This document shows positions 39,132-49,063 of a stretch of DNA of 64,000 nucleotides, in pieces; the stretch's first letter is position 1, and the number at the start of each line of letters is the position of its first letter. The stretch is from NCBI GenBank assembly GCA_041690135.1, contig JAWLHY010000010.1:64001-128000 (forward strand). The letters run 5' to 3'. Under the pieces are notes generated by a model that made no database searches, was not told where the DNA came from, and worked only from the letters and a program-made list of their open reading frames with translations. The translations under genes were made by a program, and so were the position numbers. The stretch is from Armatimonadota bacterium (GTDB lineage Bacteria > Armatimonadota > SYMT01).

Positions 39132-41264
39132 TTAGACTTCAAACTCCCGTTGAACCACGACCAGGGTGCGATCATCCAAGCGTTCCACAAGCGCCGAGAC
39201 GACGTGGTGGCCGGGAGGAGCCGCGGGAAGGGCGGCGCGATGGTAGCGGTCGATCAACCGGCCGCGCGGATCCCTGGAATGGGCCGGTTGGGTCTCTATG
39301 GGGCGGCCGTCCAGTTCCAGCCGGACCAGGCGTACGCGTTCCTGTTTGAGCACGCCCTGGGTCGTCGCATCGGACCAACAGCGCACCCGCAGCGCAATCC
39401 CCTGTTCCGGCCTGCCGGCCTCGTATGGGTCTTCGGGACGTATTACCGCGACCACGGCGTGGGGGCGTCGGATCGCTTCCGGCCGGTCACCCCACCAGCG
39501 CCACTGGTCTTCGCGGCGGGTCATGAACTCGAGAACCTCGGGCATCCCGTGGCGCCAGGTCTGGTAGTGGGAGAGCGCGTCGTGCCGCACCGCGGCCACC
39601 CAGTTGTTCTTGAGAGCAGTACGCCATGCCTCCCAGGTTGGCTCCGTACCCAGGAACAGGGTGCGGAAGCCTGCCAGCACGTCCGTCCACCACCAAGCCT
39701 CGGTGCCGTGAGCATCCTGCAGCGTAATGAACGGCAGCCGTCCGTAATACCGGTAGAGCCACGGCTCGCTGTTGGGGAAGTCGGGATTGCCGAAGTGGAA
39801 CGTGCTGATGGCCGCATAGCCTCCCCGCTCCACGGACTCGTCCAGAACGGCACGCGCGTATTCTTCGTTATCGCCGAACTGCCAGTAAAGCAGGCCGTCC
39901 GCCTGTTCCAGAGCGGCGAGCCGGCGCTTGCGGAATTCCTTCCAGGTCAGTGGACCGGTGCCGGCAAGGGAAGGCCCCGGGTCCTTCCCTGGGGCCGCCA
40001 TGATGTCGCTGATATGGTTGTAATCTCCCAATCCACCGATAGCGGCGTGCGTCCCGTACTCTTCATTGGCCGGGAAGAAGGTGACCGGAACCCCCCGCTG
40101 TTTCGCAATAGCCTGTGCCGCGGCGATCCAGCCCGGTTTCGCATTCTTCGCGCCCCAGAGATGAATGGTGAGCGCCGCTGCCAGATCTACCGCGTCCGAA
40201 GGGCTGCCGGAACCCGGCGCCTGAACTTGCAGCGTGAATACCTTCAGGTCCTGGGCAATCTTGGGGCGAGTGGTGGCTGGTTGGGTTCGCGGGACCGGCT
40301 TCTCCAGGATGCGTTGACGCTCCCCCAGGGTGTCCACCGCGTCCAGAGCGGAGTAGCACGCTGTGGGGTTTGAATGCCATCCCGGCCGATGACCGAACCC
40401 ACCGTCGGCGTTTCGCAGTGAGGCCAGATAACGAAGCGCCCCTTCCCGATCGACCGGAGCAGCGCCCAACAGATGGAGGGCCCGGAGCGCGGCCCAGGTG
40501 TAGTCCACGTCGTCGACTGCTCCGACGTCGGCACCGGGGGCATAGGTGAAACCGCCAATCGGAAGCTGACACGCCTGCAACCAGCGGATCGTCTCCGCCC
40601 GAAGATCGAGGGGGAGGCCCAGCGCCGCCAGGGATTGGAGACCCCACCACGTGTGCATCACATGCCCATCCCCTCCATCTTCGACCTTGACCTGATTGAA
40701 GCTGCCGTTAGGTCGACGGCGCTCCAGGATGAAGTTCCGCAGGTTGGGCGAAACTTCCGCCGGAGGAAGGCCCAATAACTGCCGGCAGAGTAAGATGTGG
40801 GCCTGGAGTTGGAAGGGCGGATACCGATGCTCCTCATACCGGCTGGTATCGTTCGAGAGGCCGGTCCACCCGACAAATGACTCCCGAAATGGCGTCACGT
40901 CCGCGCCTAGCCAGAGGAGACTGCGTATTTACTGGTATTCGAAGACGGGAAGCCGATGCTCCAGCGTTTTGAGGGCGAAGGGGTGGTGCGTTCGAATGAA
41001 CTCCGCCAGTCTCTCTGCGTGGGGAGGCTTTTGCCCCAGTTGCTGATAGCAACCCACGACGGCATAGGTCGGGGTGAGGTGGGAGCGGTCCTGACCCGCC
41101 CAGCCGTATCCACCGTCCGGTCGTGCCAGGGCTTCCAGGTACTGCAGGAGGCGCTGTTCCCCGGTTGCAGGCGAGGGAGCCGCCTGTGCCGGGAGCACGG
41201 TGGCCAGGCCTCCGCCCGCCAGGGCCTGGAGGCAGCGGCGCCGGTTGATGGAAAAAGGTGACAT
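39132..41264 (-). pseudogene. Tat-exported prenyltransferase/squalene-oxidase-repeat protein interrupted by one in-frame TAA at 40929-40931
   Basis: The frame reads ...PVFEYQ-TAA-IRSLLWLGAD-VTPFRE..., joining ORFs 40929..41264 and 39132..40898; repeats RPDGGY, RRPNGSF, QLPIGGF, RNADGGF. Confidence 0.85.
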
Positions 41265-41274
41265 CAGGTGCCCG

Positions 41275-42981
41275 TCAGCGGCGCTTCAACTCCCACTCTG
41301 CGAGGGGGACGGGGGCCAGAACGCGGGACGCATAGCGCTGGTCGTGCCGGACCGCGTTCGTAGCGACGACGGCGTTGGCGGGGAACTCCAGGCCGAATGG
41401 CTCGCCGGTATTGGGGTTCGGCTCGTAGAAGGGAGCGCCGGTGCTGGCTACCGTCACCCGGATGCGGTGCCCCTTATTGAAGACGTGACCTAGCCAGCCG
41501 ACCTGGAACGGAACCCGGTAGACCTTTTCCGGCTCCATGAAGACCTCCTTTTCGAAGCCGTCCCGGTAGCGGGCCCGCCGGACGTAATCGATCAGGAGAA
41601 TGGAGCGCCCGTCCGGATAGACGTCGCTCACGCGCACGATAAAGTCCGTATCCTTCGCGGAGGAGGTGACGAACAGCTCGGCACGGACCTTCCCGTTCCA
41701 TTCCACCGGCTGTTCCAGGACTTCGGTCGTGAAGGTGCGGACCTCCGCCTGCTTTTCGAAGTCTCGAGCATCCTTGGCGCCGGGGAAGGCACGGCCGGGG
41801 ATCTCCGCTGGCTGATGCGGATCGGCTTTGAACTCGGTGGCACTCCGGGCGGCCTTCGGTTTGCTGTTCGTCAGACCGCCCCGATCCTGGAGGTAGTAGG
41901 AGACATCGCGGGTGGACTGGGGCCAATCCGGCACCTCCCGCCAGTCGTTGCCGGGTGCGCCCATCTCTCCGCAGGCGCCTGTGACGTAGTAGCGAACCGC
42001 GGGATCCCGGTCCGCGCCGTTGTCCACCCCTTTCAGGTAGTGGTCGAACCAGCGGATCATGAGCGCCGGAAGGTCGATGGTCGCGTTCGCCGGGAACTCC
42101 AGGTCGCCGATCTTGCTGGCCTTGGCGCCCCCGTGCAGCCACGGCCCGATCAGCAACTTCTGATTTTCGCGAGAGTTAGGCCCGCCGTGATGCTGGCGGC
42201 CGATGTAGCTCTCGATGGAGCCCTGGTTCATAAAGTCGAACCAGCTTCCGAGCGTAAAGCAGGGTACGTCCATCCGGTCGAAGTGTCGGCTGCAGTCTTC
42301 CTGCGCCCAATAGTTGTCGTACGTCGGGTGCTGGAACCACTCGGCGAGCAGGCGGCGGTTGTCGGCCGGGTTCCGGCAGATCCCGTCCATCTGCTTGAAC
42401 CGCTCGGGACGGGTGGTCCCGCCGATGCGGTAGCCTTCCTGATAGAGGCTGAGCCCGGTATCGGTCATGAACTGGGCGACGAGGTGCGGTGGACGGGTGA
42501 TCGCGAGAAAATTCTGGGCGTATCCCGCCTGCGAGCCGCCGAAGGTTCCGATCTTGCCGGTAGACCAGGGCTGGCGGGCCAGCCACTCCACGGTGTCGTA
42601 GCCGTCGCGCAGGCTCCCCCACCCCAGGGCCCGATAACCGACCCAGGTCCCTTCCGACAGGTGAGCGCCGCGGAAGTTCTCCCCCACCACTACGTAGCCG
42701 GCGCGGGCCAGGCGGGCGTAGCTCTGTCGCGTTCCGGCACCCCGAAGGCTGGCATAGCGCTGCTCGTACAGCACCGGCCAGGGACCCTTGCCCGGTGGAA
42801 AGTAGAGGTAGGCGGAAAGCCGGTTGCCGTCCCGCATGGGGATCATTACATGGCGCTCGGTCACCCCGCCCAGGTCCAGGGGCGGATCCCCGGTCAACTG
42901 CGCGCTCACCGGCGCCAGCACGCCCGCCGCCGCCACCGCACCCAATATCGCCACCCCGAACTGCCGCCGCTTCATCAGCAC
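41275..42981 (-). CDS. CocE/NonD family hydrolase (S15), Tat-like signal
   Basis: IPMRDG.RL, RG..SEG, DGYDTVEWLA.QPWS.GKIG, GGSQAG, IGPWLH, PepX_C-like tail. Confidence 0.92.
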   Translation of the reverse strand: MLMKRRQFGVAILGAVAAAGVLAPVSAQLTGDPPLDLGGVTERHVMIPMRDGNRLSAYLYFPPGKGPWPVLYEQRYASLRGAGTRQSYARLARAGYVVVGENFRGAHLSEGTWVGYRALGWGSLRDGYDTVEWLARQPWSTGKIGTFGGSQAGYAQNFLAITRPPHLVAQFMTDTGLSLYQEGYRIGGTTRPERFKQMDGICRNPADNRRLLAEWFQHPTYDNYWAQEDCSRHFDRMDVPCFTLGSWFDFMNQGSIESYIGRQHHGGPNSRENQKLLIGPWLHGGAKASKIGDLEFPANATIDLPALMIRWFDHYLKGVDNGADRDPAVRYYVTGACGEMGAPGNDWREVPDWPQSTRDVSYYLQDRGGLTNSKPKAARSATEFKADPHQPAEIPGRAFPGAKDARDFEKQAEVRTFTTEVLEQPVEWNGKVRAELFVTSSAKDTDFIVRVSDVYPDGRSILLIDYVRRARYRDGFEKEVFMEPEKVYRVPFQVGWLGHVFNKGHRIRVTVASTGAPFYEPNPNTGEPFGLEFPANAVVATNAVRHDQRYASRVLAPVPLAEWELKRR

Positions 42982-43030
42982 AACCTCCGGGAGTGAGGTT
43001 CACTCCCGGTCGGTTGATTTCCTCGGCAGG

Positions 43031-44905
43031 TTATTGAGCCTGCGCCGCCTTCACAGCCGGGACAAGGTCCGGAATGATTTCCATAATGGCGAAAGCCATT
43101 TCGTCCGTCGTCTGTTCGCCGAACCGCACGCGCCGCGGCGGGTTGCTGGGATTGAGCGGATTGTCGCTGGTGTTATCCCAGTAGGCCACAACCTCGACCT
43201 TGGTCCCCTTCGGCAGCCGGAGTGGCTCCTTGTACCGGTAGGAATCTTGCCAGCGGTAGTCCCAGTTCGTGATCCAGACCAGGTTCTTGTGGGTGCCGTC
43301 CGGAAGGGTGGCAGTCACTTTCATCTCCTTCCCCAGCAGGTGCATGTGCGGCATGATGTTGAGCACCTGGATCGGGGCGGGAAGGGTGATGGAGAGGCGC
43401 TGCTCGTGGCGCGGCGCGTTCGGTGGGATATCGATGTTGAAGGGACCCCAGATTGCCGTGTGAGCCGTGCGAGTCACCGGCTCCTTGGCAAAGTAGAGCG
43501 CCACCTGGGTCCGATCCATCTCGACCTTACCCGTCTTGTGGTAGTGGACCTGGATCAGCACGTCGCTTCCCTTCGGGAGCGGACGCCCCACCCCGGTGGG
43601 AAGGAAGCGCGGGAGGTTGCCCGGAGCCCACACCCCCTGAATGCGCGCGTTGGGCACCTTGACACCACCTGGCCCGGAGGCATAGCCGGGGCCCGGATGG
43701 GCGGCATCCAGCTCGCGCCCCTTGCCGGAGGTATCCACAAAGCTGACCACGTGGTGGACTACGCGCGAATTCCCGGGCCGGAAGTCCACCGCCACTACCT
43801 GCTTGTCTTCCACCAGGTTCGTAGGCAGTACGAAGACGTGGAATTCATCATCGCCGGAGGCACCCACCTGGTACTCCGCGCTGGGCTCCAGCACCAGATC
43901 GGGTTTACCGAGCATCCACTCGTCCGACCACGACTTGGGCGGGGGCGCGTCCTTCTTCTTTCCTTCGGGTGCACCTGCGTCGGCCCATTCCGCCAGGGTG
44001 GCGATCTCCCGGTCGGACATCCGGCGTACGTCCTGGAACTCGCCATGTCCGGGCTCCGCCAGCCAGGGCGGCATCTGCCGGTTCGCCGTAAACTCCTTGA
44101 TCTCGGACGCCCAGGATCGGGCATCCGCGTAGGTCATCAGCGAGAACGGCGCGATCTGTCCTGGTCGATGGCACGCCTGGCATCGCTCTTGCAGGATGGG
44201 CGCCACGTCCCGGTGATACGTCACCTTGCCGGTCCCAGCCTTCGCCGTCTTCTGCGAGCGGGCGATGGCGCATCCAAAGGCCCGTGTCTCCGCCTTCGCC
44301 ACGGCTTTCCCCGCAAGCACGGCTTCCAGCGCCTCGCGGAGATCGTGGGCCTTTGCCTCACTCCGCTTCCGAGTGCGCGAGGCATACTGATCGTCGATCC
44401 GGCCCCGGTACCGGACGGCAAATCCCGGGTCCAGCACGAACACCTCGGGGGTGACCCGCGCCTCGAGCGCATCCGCAAGCGCCTGTCGAGGGTCCTTCAG
44501 AACCGGGAAGGGTAGGCTGTAAGCTTTCGCGTGCGCGGCCACCGCCTCGCGATCTTCCGCTGGATTGGCGTTCACTCCTACAAACTGCACGCCACGTTCC
44601 GCGTACTGGCGGGATAGGGCCGTCAACTTCGGCGCATAGCTGTTGGCGATGGGGCATTCCGTTCCCAGGAAAACCACCACCAGGGCTCGCGCATCCGCGT
44701 AATCGACCAGGGCCCGTGACTTTCCGTCCTGGTCCGGTAGGCGGAGAGTGCGGAGCTTCTCGGAGTTCGCGGGCGACTTCTCCGGCGCAGCCTGTGCCAC
44801 CCCGGCTCCAACCTGACAGATGCCGACTGGCAACAACAATCCCAGGCTCACAAGCGCGAGGGCTTTCGGTCCAACCCATCGAGTGTTCATCAAACGAATG
44901 TTCAT
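43031..44905 (-). CDS. Secreted fusion of redoxin, cytochrome c and copper type II (PHM/DBM-like) monooxygenase domains
   Basis: FLGTECPI..Y and YRGRIDD (redoxin); CQACH (heme c); VHHV, VHYH, MPHMH and DEM (Cu ligands); start uncertain (44890 or 44905). Confidence 0.85.
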   Translation of the reverse strand: MNIRLMNTRWVGPKALALVSLGLLLPVGICQVGAGVAQAAPEKSPANSEKLRTLRLPDQDGKSRALVDYADARALVVVFLGTECPIANSYAPKLTALSRQYAERGVQFVGVNANPAEDREAVAAHAKAYSLPFPVLKDPRQALADALEARVTPEVFVLDPGFAVRYRGRIDDQYASRTRKRSEAKAHDLREALEAVLAGKAVAKAETRAFGCAIARSQKTAKAGTGKVTYHRDVAPILQERCQACHRPGQIAPFSLMTYADARSWASEIKEFTANRQMPPWLAEPGHGEFQDVRRMSDREIATLAEWADAGAPEGKKKDAPPPKSWSDEWMLGKPDLVLEPSAEYQVGASGDDEFHVFVLPTNLVEDKQVVAVDFRPGNSRVVHHVVSFVDTSGKGRELDAAHPGPGYASGPGGVKVPNARIQGVWAPGNLPRFLPTGVGRPLPKGSDVLIQVHYHKTGKVEMDRTQVALYFAKEPVTRTAHTAIWGPFNIDIPPNAPRHEQRLSITLPAPIQVLNIMPHMHLLGKEMKVTATLPDGTHKNLVWITNWDYRWQDSYRYKEPLRLPKGTKVEVVAYWDNTSDNPLNPSNPPRRVRFGEQTTDEMAFAIMEIIPDLVPAVKAAQAQ

Positions 44906-45024
44906 GCGGAAGTACCTCAATCGTCCAACATGATTGCAGACGACGACACCTGTGGGGTGGTTATCCTGTTTCGGGCACATCCATCAGTGCGTGCCCTCTG
45001 TCTCGAAGGAGAGTCGAATCCGTT

Positions 45025-45771
45025 ATGCGTAAGCGGGGTTTCACCCTCATTGAACTTCTGGTGGTTATAGCCATTATCGCTATCCTCGCCGCCATCCTCT
45101 TCCCGGTCTTCGCCCGTGCCCGCGAGGCCGCCCGGGCCACGAGTTGCCGGAGCAACCTGAAGCAGATCGCGACCTCGATGCAGATGTACATCCAGGATTA
45201 CGACGAAACGCTGCCCTACGCCCGGGTGAACAACGCCGGCGGCAGCGCCACTTGCGATGAGGTATTCAACAGCGCGTACTGGAGCGGGTATGTGGGAAAC
45301 CTGCTGGTTCCCTACATCAAGAATGCCGGCGTCTGGAAGTGCCCCAGCCAGGGCACCACGCTCTGGAACCACGGAACGTCGACCAATTGCAACGCCGATC
45401 CCCGGCTGATGCGCGTCTCTTACGGCTACAACCACTCCGGAACCGGCAATACCAGCGCCGCCGGGGCCAGCGGCACCTACCCGAACCTGGGCCAGTCGCT
45501 CGCCGCTGCGGTGCGCCCAGCCGACATCGTCCTGTTCTGGGACAGTGAGAACCGCTGGGCGGACGGTAACAATCTGTACAACCGCGACGTCGCCTGGTAC
45601 AACGCCCGGCAGTATGCAAACGGCGCCCGCCACTCGGAGATGCACAACTTCGCCTACCTGGACGGCCACGTGAAGTCGGCGCGACTCGACCAGATGAAGC
45701 TGGGCAACTTCTTCAACTTCGCGGACAACGATCCGCGGATCAACGCCTCGGTCACGTCTCCCTGGCCGTAG
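45025..45771 (+). CDS. DUF1559 prepilin-type N-methylation protein with H-X9-DG motif
   Basis: RBS AAGGAG; [57 protein letters not shown]. Confidence 0.95.
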   Translation: MRKRGFTLIELLVVIAIIAILAAILFPVFARAREAARATSCRSNLKQIATSMQMYIQDYDETLPYARVNNAGGSATCDEVFNSAYWSGYVGNLLVPYIKNAGVWKCPSQGTTLWNHGTSTNCNADPRLMRVSYGYNHSGTGNTSAAGASGTYPNLGQSLAAAVRPADIVLFWDSENRWADGNNLYNRDVAWYNARQYANGARHSEMHNFAYLDGHVKSARLDQMKLGNFFNFADNDPRINASVTSPWP

Positions 45772-45848
45772 GGAAAAACTGGTGAGGGGTGAGATTGGTC
45801 CGGAGACCTTCCCCACTCCAACCACCCCTCACCCTCCCCTCTCCTCTT

Positions 45849-46979
45849 TCACCCGGAAGCGCTCACCGGAACCGTCTCGGCCGGCGGTGGTGCCTGGGGT
45901 CGGCGGTTGGCCCGCAGACCATGGATCATCCGCCAGAGGGCGTAGAAGATCCCGAGTGCGATGATCAGCCACCAGTGGAGGATGCGGAACCGGTTGGCCG
46001 GCCAGAAAACGATTTCCGCTCGCCCGATGAAACGGTCGCGGGCGAGGGCGCCCCACACGTGACCATCGGCGCTCTCGTTGCGGTTGTCGCCCAGCATCAG
46101 GTATTCGCCCTTGCCAAGCTTGATCGGCTCCATGGTGTAGCTGGGAGCTTCCTTGATATACGGCTCGGGGAGACGCTTACCGTTCACCAGTGTGTGGCCC
46201 GGATCTACCACCGCCTCCCGGCCTTCCAGGAGGATCAGGCGGGGTAGGGCGTCCGACCAGAAGACCTGGGCCTCCACCGCGGCATCCCCTCCCAGGCCCG
46301 CCAATCCCCGTTCGCGGGAGATGGTGGACCCTTCGGTCTCCAGCGCCACCTTGCCGTCGATCAGCACCCGCTCTCCCTGCATTTCGACCCGAGCACTTTC
46401 CCGGACCAGGACCTTCACCGGATCGTCGTGATAGACGAATTCCTTTCCATCTGCCGGAAAGGGCTCTGCCGGGACCGGCATCGGGAGCGGAGTCCAAACG
46501 TCGTCCATCAAGAGCACAGGACGGCCGTCCAGCAGAATGCGGGTGGGCAGAACCTCCACCGTCTCGCCCGGAAGCCCGATCACCCGCTTGATGTAATCCT
46601 TTTCATCCACGGAAGCAGCCCGCGGGGCTTTGAACACCGCAATGTCGAAGCGCTGCGGGTCGCCCACCCGGTAGATGAGCTTGTCGGCGATAAGGCGGTC
46701 GCCCGCCCCTTGCGACATCCGCGCTCCCGGCGTTCCCGCGGGGCCCAAAAGGGTCGGCTCCATCGAACCGGAGGGAATGTAGAACGTCTGGAAAATGAAC
46801 GGGCGGATCACCAGGAAGACGGCGACCACCGTCCAAAGGAGGACGGAGACATTCTCCGCCCATGCCTGGGCACCTGGGGTATGTCGCCCGGGGAACCGGC
46901 GAAGAAAGATCAGAATCCCGGCAAGAACCGCCACGGCGGCCAGGATCCAGTGAAGGGGAACCTCTGCTAACCATTCCAT
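45849..46979 (-). CDS. lepB: Signal peptidase I with internal insertion
   Basis: IPSGSMEPTL (Ser), DYIKRVIGLPGE (Lys), GDNRNESADGH.WG. Confidence 0.92.
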   Translation of the reverse strand: MEWLAEVPLHWILAAVAVLAGILIFLRRFPGRHTPGAQAWAENVSVLLWTVVAVFLVIRPFIFQTFYIPSGSMEPTLLGPAGTPGARMSQGAGDRLIADKLIYRVGDPQRFDIAVFKAPRAASVDEKDYIKRVIGLPGETVEVLPTRILLDGRPVLLMDDVWTPLPMPVPAEPFPADGKEFVYHDDPVKVLVRESARVEMQGERVLIDGKVALETEGSTISRERGLAGLGGDAAVEAQVFWSDALPRLILLEGREAVVDPGHTLVNGKRLPEPYIKEAPSYTMEPIKLGKGEYLMLGDNRNESADGHVWGALARDRFIGRAEIVFWPANRFRILHWWLIIALGIFYALWRMIHGLRANRRPQAPPPAETVPVSASG

Positions 46980-47052
46980 ATCGAAAGACTCCTGTAACCG
47001 GAGTGGAAACTCTCTGTCGAGGGCCCGGATCTTGCTTTCCGAGCCATAAGCA

Positions 47053-48333
47053 TTACTTCGGGTCGGGCGGAGAACCCTTTACCGTGGGAACAGGGGGGAC
47101 TTCCCCTCCTCGGGTTTGCCGCTCTCCCGAGTAAGATCGCGTCAGGATCCCCGCATCCGGCGCCACACGCAAGGTCTGTTGGCTCGCGGCCGGCGGCACT
47201 TCTCGCAGCGCCGCGTGCGTCACCCGCACGCTCGAAATCGAGGTGGCGATAACGAGGAATGCGGATGCCGCCAGCACCTGCTTCCACCGACACCAGTGGG
47301 TCCTGCGCTCTCGTCGGTCATCCAGCAGGCCCTCCACGCGCCTGGCGAGCATCCAGTGGCGGGGCTTGGAGGCCTTGAGCAGCCGGAGCCGGTGTCGTGC
47401 AGGGAGAGTGACCTGGCGGGCGGGACGTCCGCTTCCCACTTCTGTCTCCGGCGCGACCTCCTGGCAGGCGGGACGCCCACCCCGCTGGGAGGTGGGTGCG
47501 GAACCGGCGCCGGCGGCTACCGCCAGAAGTGTGCGGGCATACCCAACGGGATCGCCTTTCCTGAGCACATAGTTGTCGCACACCTCTTCCCGAGCGCGGC
47601 CTAGCTCGCGACCCAGTTGATGGACCAGCGGGTGCGGCCAGAAGAGGATCGTGGCCAGGTGTTGAAGGGCGGCCAACACGTGGTCACCCTGGGCCAGGTG
47701 GGCGCACTCGTGCGTGAGGATGTCCCGGAGTGCCTCGCGGGATAGGTGTTCCACCAGTCCTTCCGGGAGTAACACGAGCGGCTGGAACGGGCCGAGGACG
47801 ACCGGCCGGCGTACCCGTGACGAAGTGGCGATGGCGGGTAAGCCGCGCATTCCGACATCGGCCCGGACGTGCTCCAGCACATCTTGCCGGTTCGATAGAT
47901 CCAGCGGTCTGGCACTCCGGCGCAGGAGGAGCGACTGCCGTAGCCCTACCAGCGAGCGCACGGAGAGCACCGCTACTCCTGCCGCCCAGAGTGAAACCAC
48001 CAGCCATACGCCCTGCGATACCGGCTGGGGAGTACTTATCGCTGCGGAAGCGCGCTCCCCCTGAGCGTCCACAGTGCCCGACCCGGTGCCCGCACTTGCG
48101 GCCCAGGCGGCACCACCCAAAAGTGGCGTGCCCGCGCGCTCGACCCCACCGGCAATCGCCGGGGAAGCCAGGATGCAGAGCAGGGCGCAAAACGCGATGC
48201 TATGGCGGGCCGCGGGACTCCGGCGGCTGATGGTACGGACGGCTGCCAGGGCCAGGATGGCGATGACCGTTACCTGAAGGACTGTATCCAGGAGCAGCAG
48301 GAGCACGGGATCGCGGAAGTAGGAGACGATCAC
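47053..48333 (-). CDS. BlaR1/MecR1-type M56 metallopeptidase, no C-terminal sensor domain, repeat insertion
   Basis: ILTHECAH (HExxH), FWPHPLV, REEVCD, YARTLL; follows the BlaI-like gene. Confidence 0.88.
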   Translation of the reverse strand: MIVSYFRDPVLLLLLDTVLQVTVIAILALAAVRTISRRSPAARHSIAFCALLCILASPAIAGGVERAGTPLLGGAAWAASAGTGSGTVDAQGERASAAISTPQPVSQGVWLVVSLWAAGVAVLSVRSLVGLRQSLLLRRSARPLDLSNRQDVLEHVRADVGMRGLPAIATSSRVRRPVVLGPFQPLVLLPEGLVEHLSREALRDILTHECAHLAQGDHVLAALQHLATILFWPHPLVHQLGRELGRAREEVCDNYVLRKGDPVGYARTLLAVAAGAGSAPTSQRGGRPACQEVAPETEVGSGRPARQVTLPARHRLRLLKASKPRHWMLARRVEGLLDDRRERRTHWCRWKQVLAASAFLVIATSISSVRVTHAALREVPPAASQQTLRVAPDAGILTRSYSGERQTRGGEVPPVPTVKGSPPDPK

Positions 48334-48334
48334 G

Positions 48335-48727
48335 CTACACAGCTCCCTTCTCCGCCCGGTCGATCACGGCGCGAATATGCGCGGCCTCCTCCCGGCTTAA
48401 CTCGCCGTCCTCCAGGAGGGCCAGTAGGAGGCCCTGGGTCGACCCACCAAAGACGGAGTCTACCAACCGCCGCACGAGGTGCCGCTGGGTGGTTTCGCGC
48501 GGATGGACGGCCTTATAGCGGAAGGCGTTGCGCTCGACCACATGGGTCAGCCACCCCTTTTCTTCCAGCCGCGTTACGAGAGTCTGGACCGTGTTACGGG
48601 CTACTCCTCGCCGGGACGACAGCTCCTGCCAGATCTCACCGACCGTGGCTTCGCCGTGGTCCCACACCACGTTCATGATCTCCAACTGCGCCTCCGACAA
48701 CGGTGGCGGCTGCGTTGCTTCTTCCAT
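48335..48727 (-). CDS. BlaI/MecI/CopY family repressor
   Basis: LSEAQLEIMNVVW, TVQTLVTRLEEKG, LVDSVFGGS. Confidence 0.94.
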   Translation of the reverse strand: MEEATQPPPLSEAQLEIMNVVWDHGEATVGEIWQELSSRRGVARNTVQTLVTRLEEKGWLTHVVERNAFRYKAVHPRETTQRHLVRRLVDSVFGGSTQGLLLALLEDGELSREEAAHIRAVIDRAEKGAV

Positions 48728-48736
48728 GGCTTCCTT

Positions 48737-48785
48737 CACCTACACTTGTAGGTGGATTATACCTACATATGTAGGCAGGTGTCAG
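48737..48785 (-). promoter_or_regulatory. Promoter with two BlaI/CopY operators (TACAnnTGTA)
   Basis: CACC-TACACTTGTA-GGTG (core 48741-48750) and CC-TACATATGTA-GG (core 48764-48773) flank a minus-strand TATAAT (48756-48761); -35 CTGACA lies 18 bp upstream. Confidence 0.9.
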
Positions 48786-48913
48786 CTAATTTGCGGGAGG
48801 TCTTTTTCAGGGAGAGTGCGCGGTACCCCAGACGGAAAGCGGACGGGGTCCGGCCCCGGCGAGCGTTCAACCAGGAATTGCCGGAGGGCTATCGGTCCGC
48901 GGAAACGGCACAC

Positions 48914-48961
48914 AAAAATATTCCGTCGGGGCAGACCTCTTGAAGGATCTGCCCCGACGGA
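48914..48961 (-). terminator. Intrinsic terminator downstream of the DUF4142 gene
   Basis: Minus strand TCCGTCGGGGCAGA(T)CCT-TCAAG-AGGTCTGCCCCGACGGA-ATATTTTT. Confidence 0.8.
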
Positions 48962-49063
48962 GCGGCTGTTCTTACTTTACCTGGAAGTTGTTCGACGGCC
49001 AGGTCGGGCCCACGATCATGGATACTGCTGGCCTGCCGCTTCCAACGGCATTAGCAGTGCCTA

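Noticed and set aside
40929-40931. Programmed recoding (Sec/Pyl) at the internal stop
   Set aside because: The codon is TAA, which terminates other genes in this window.
48972-49019. 15-codon minus-strand micro-ORF MIVGPTWPSNNFQVK before the terminator
   Set aside because: No RBS and too short to support; may be a remnant.
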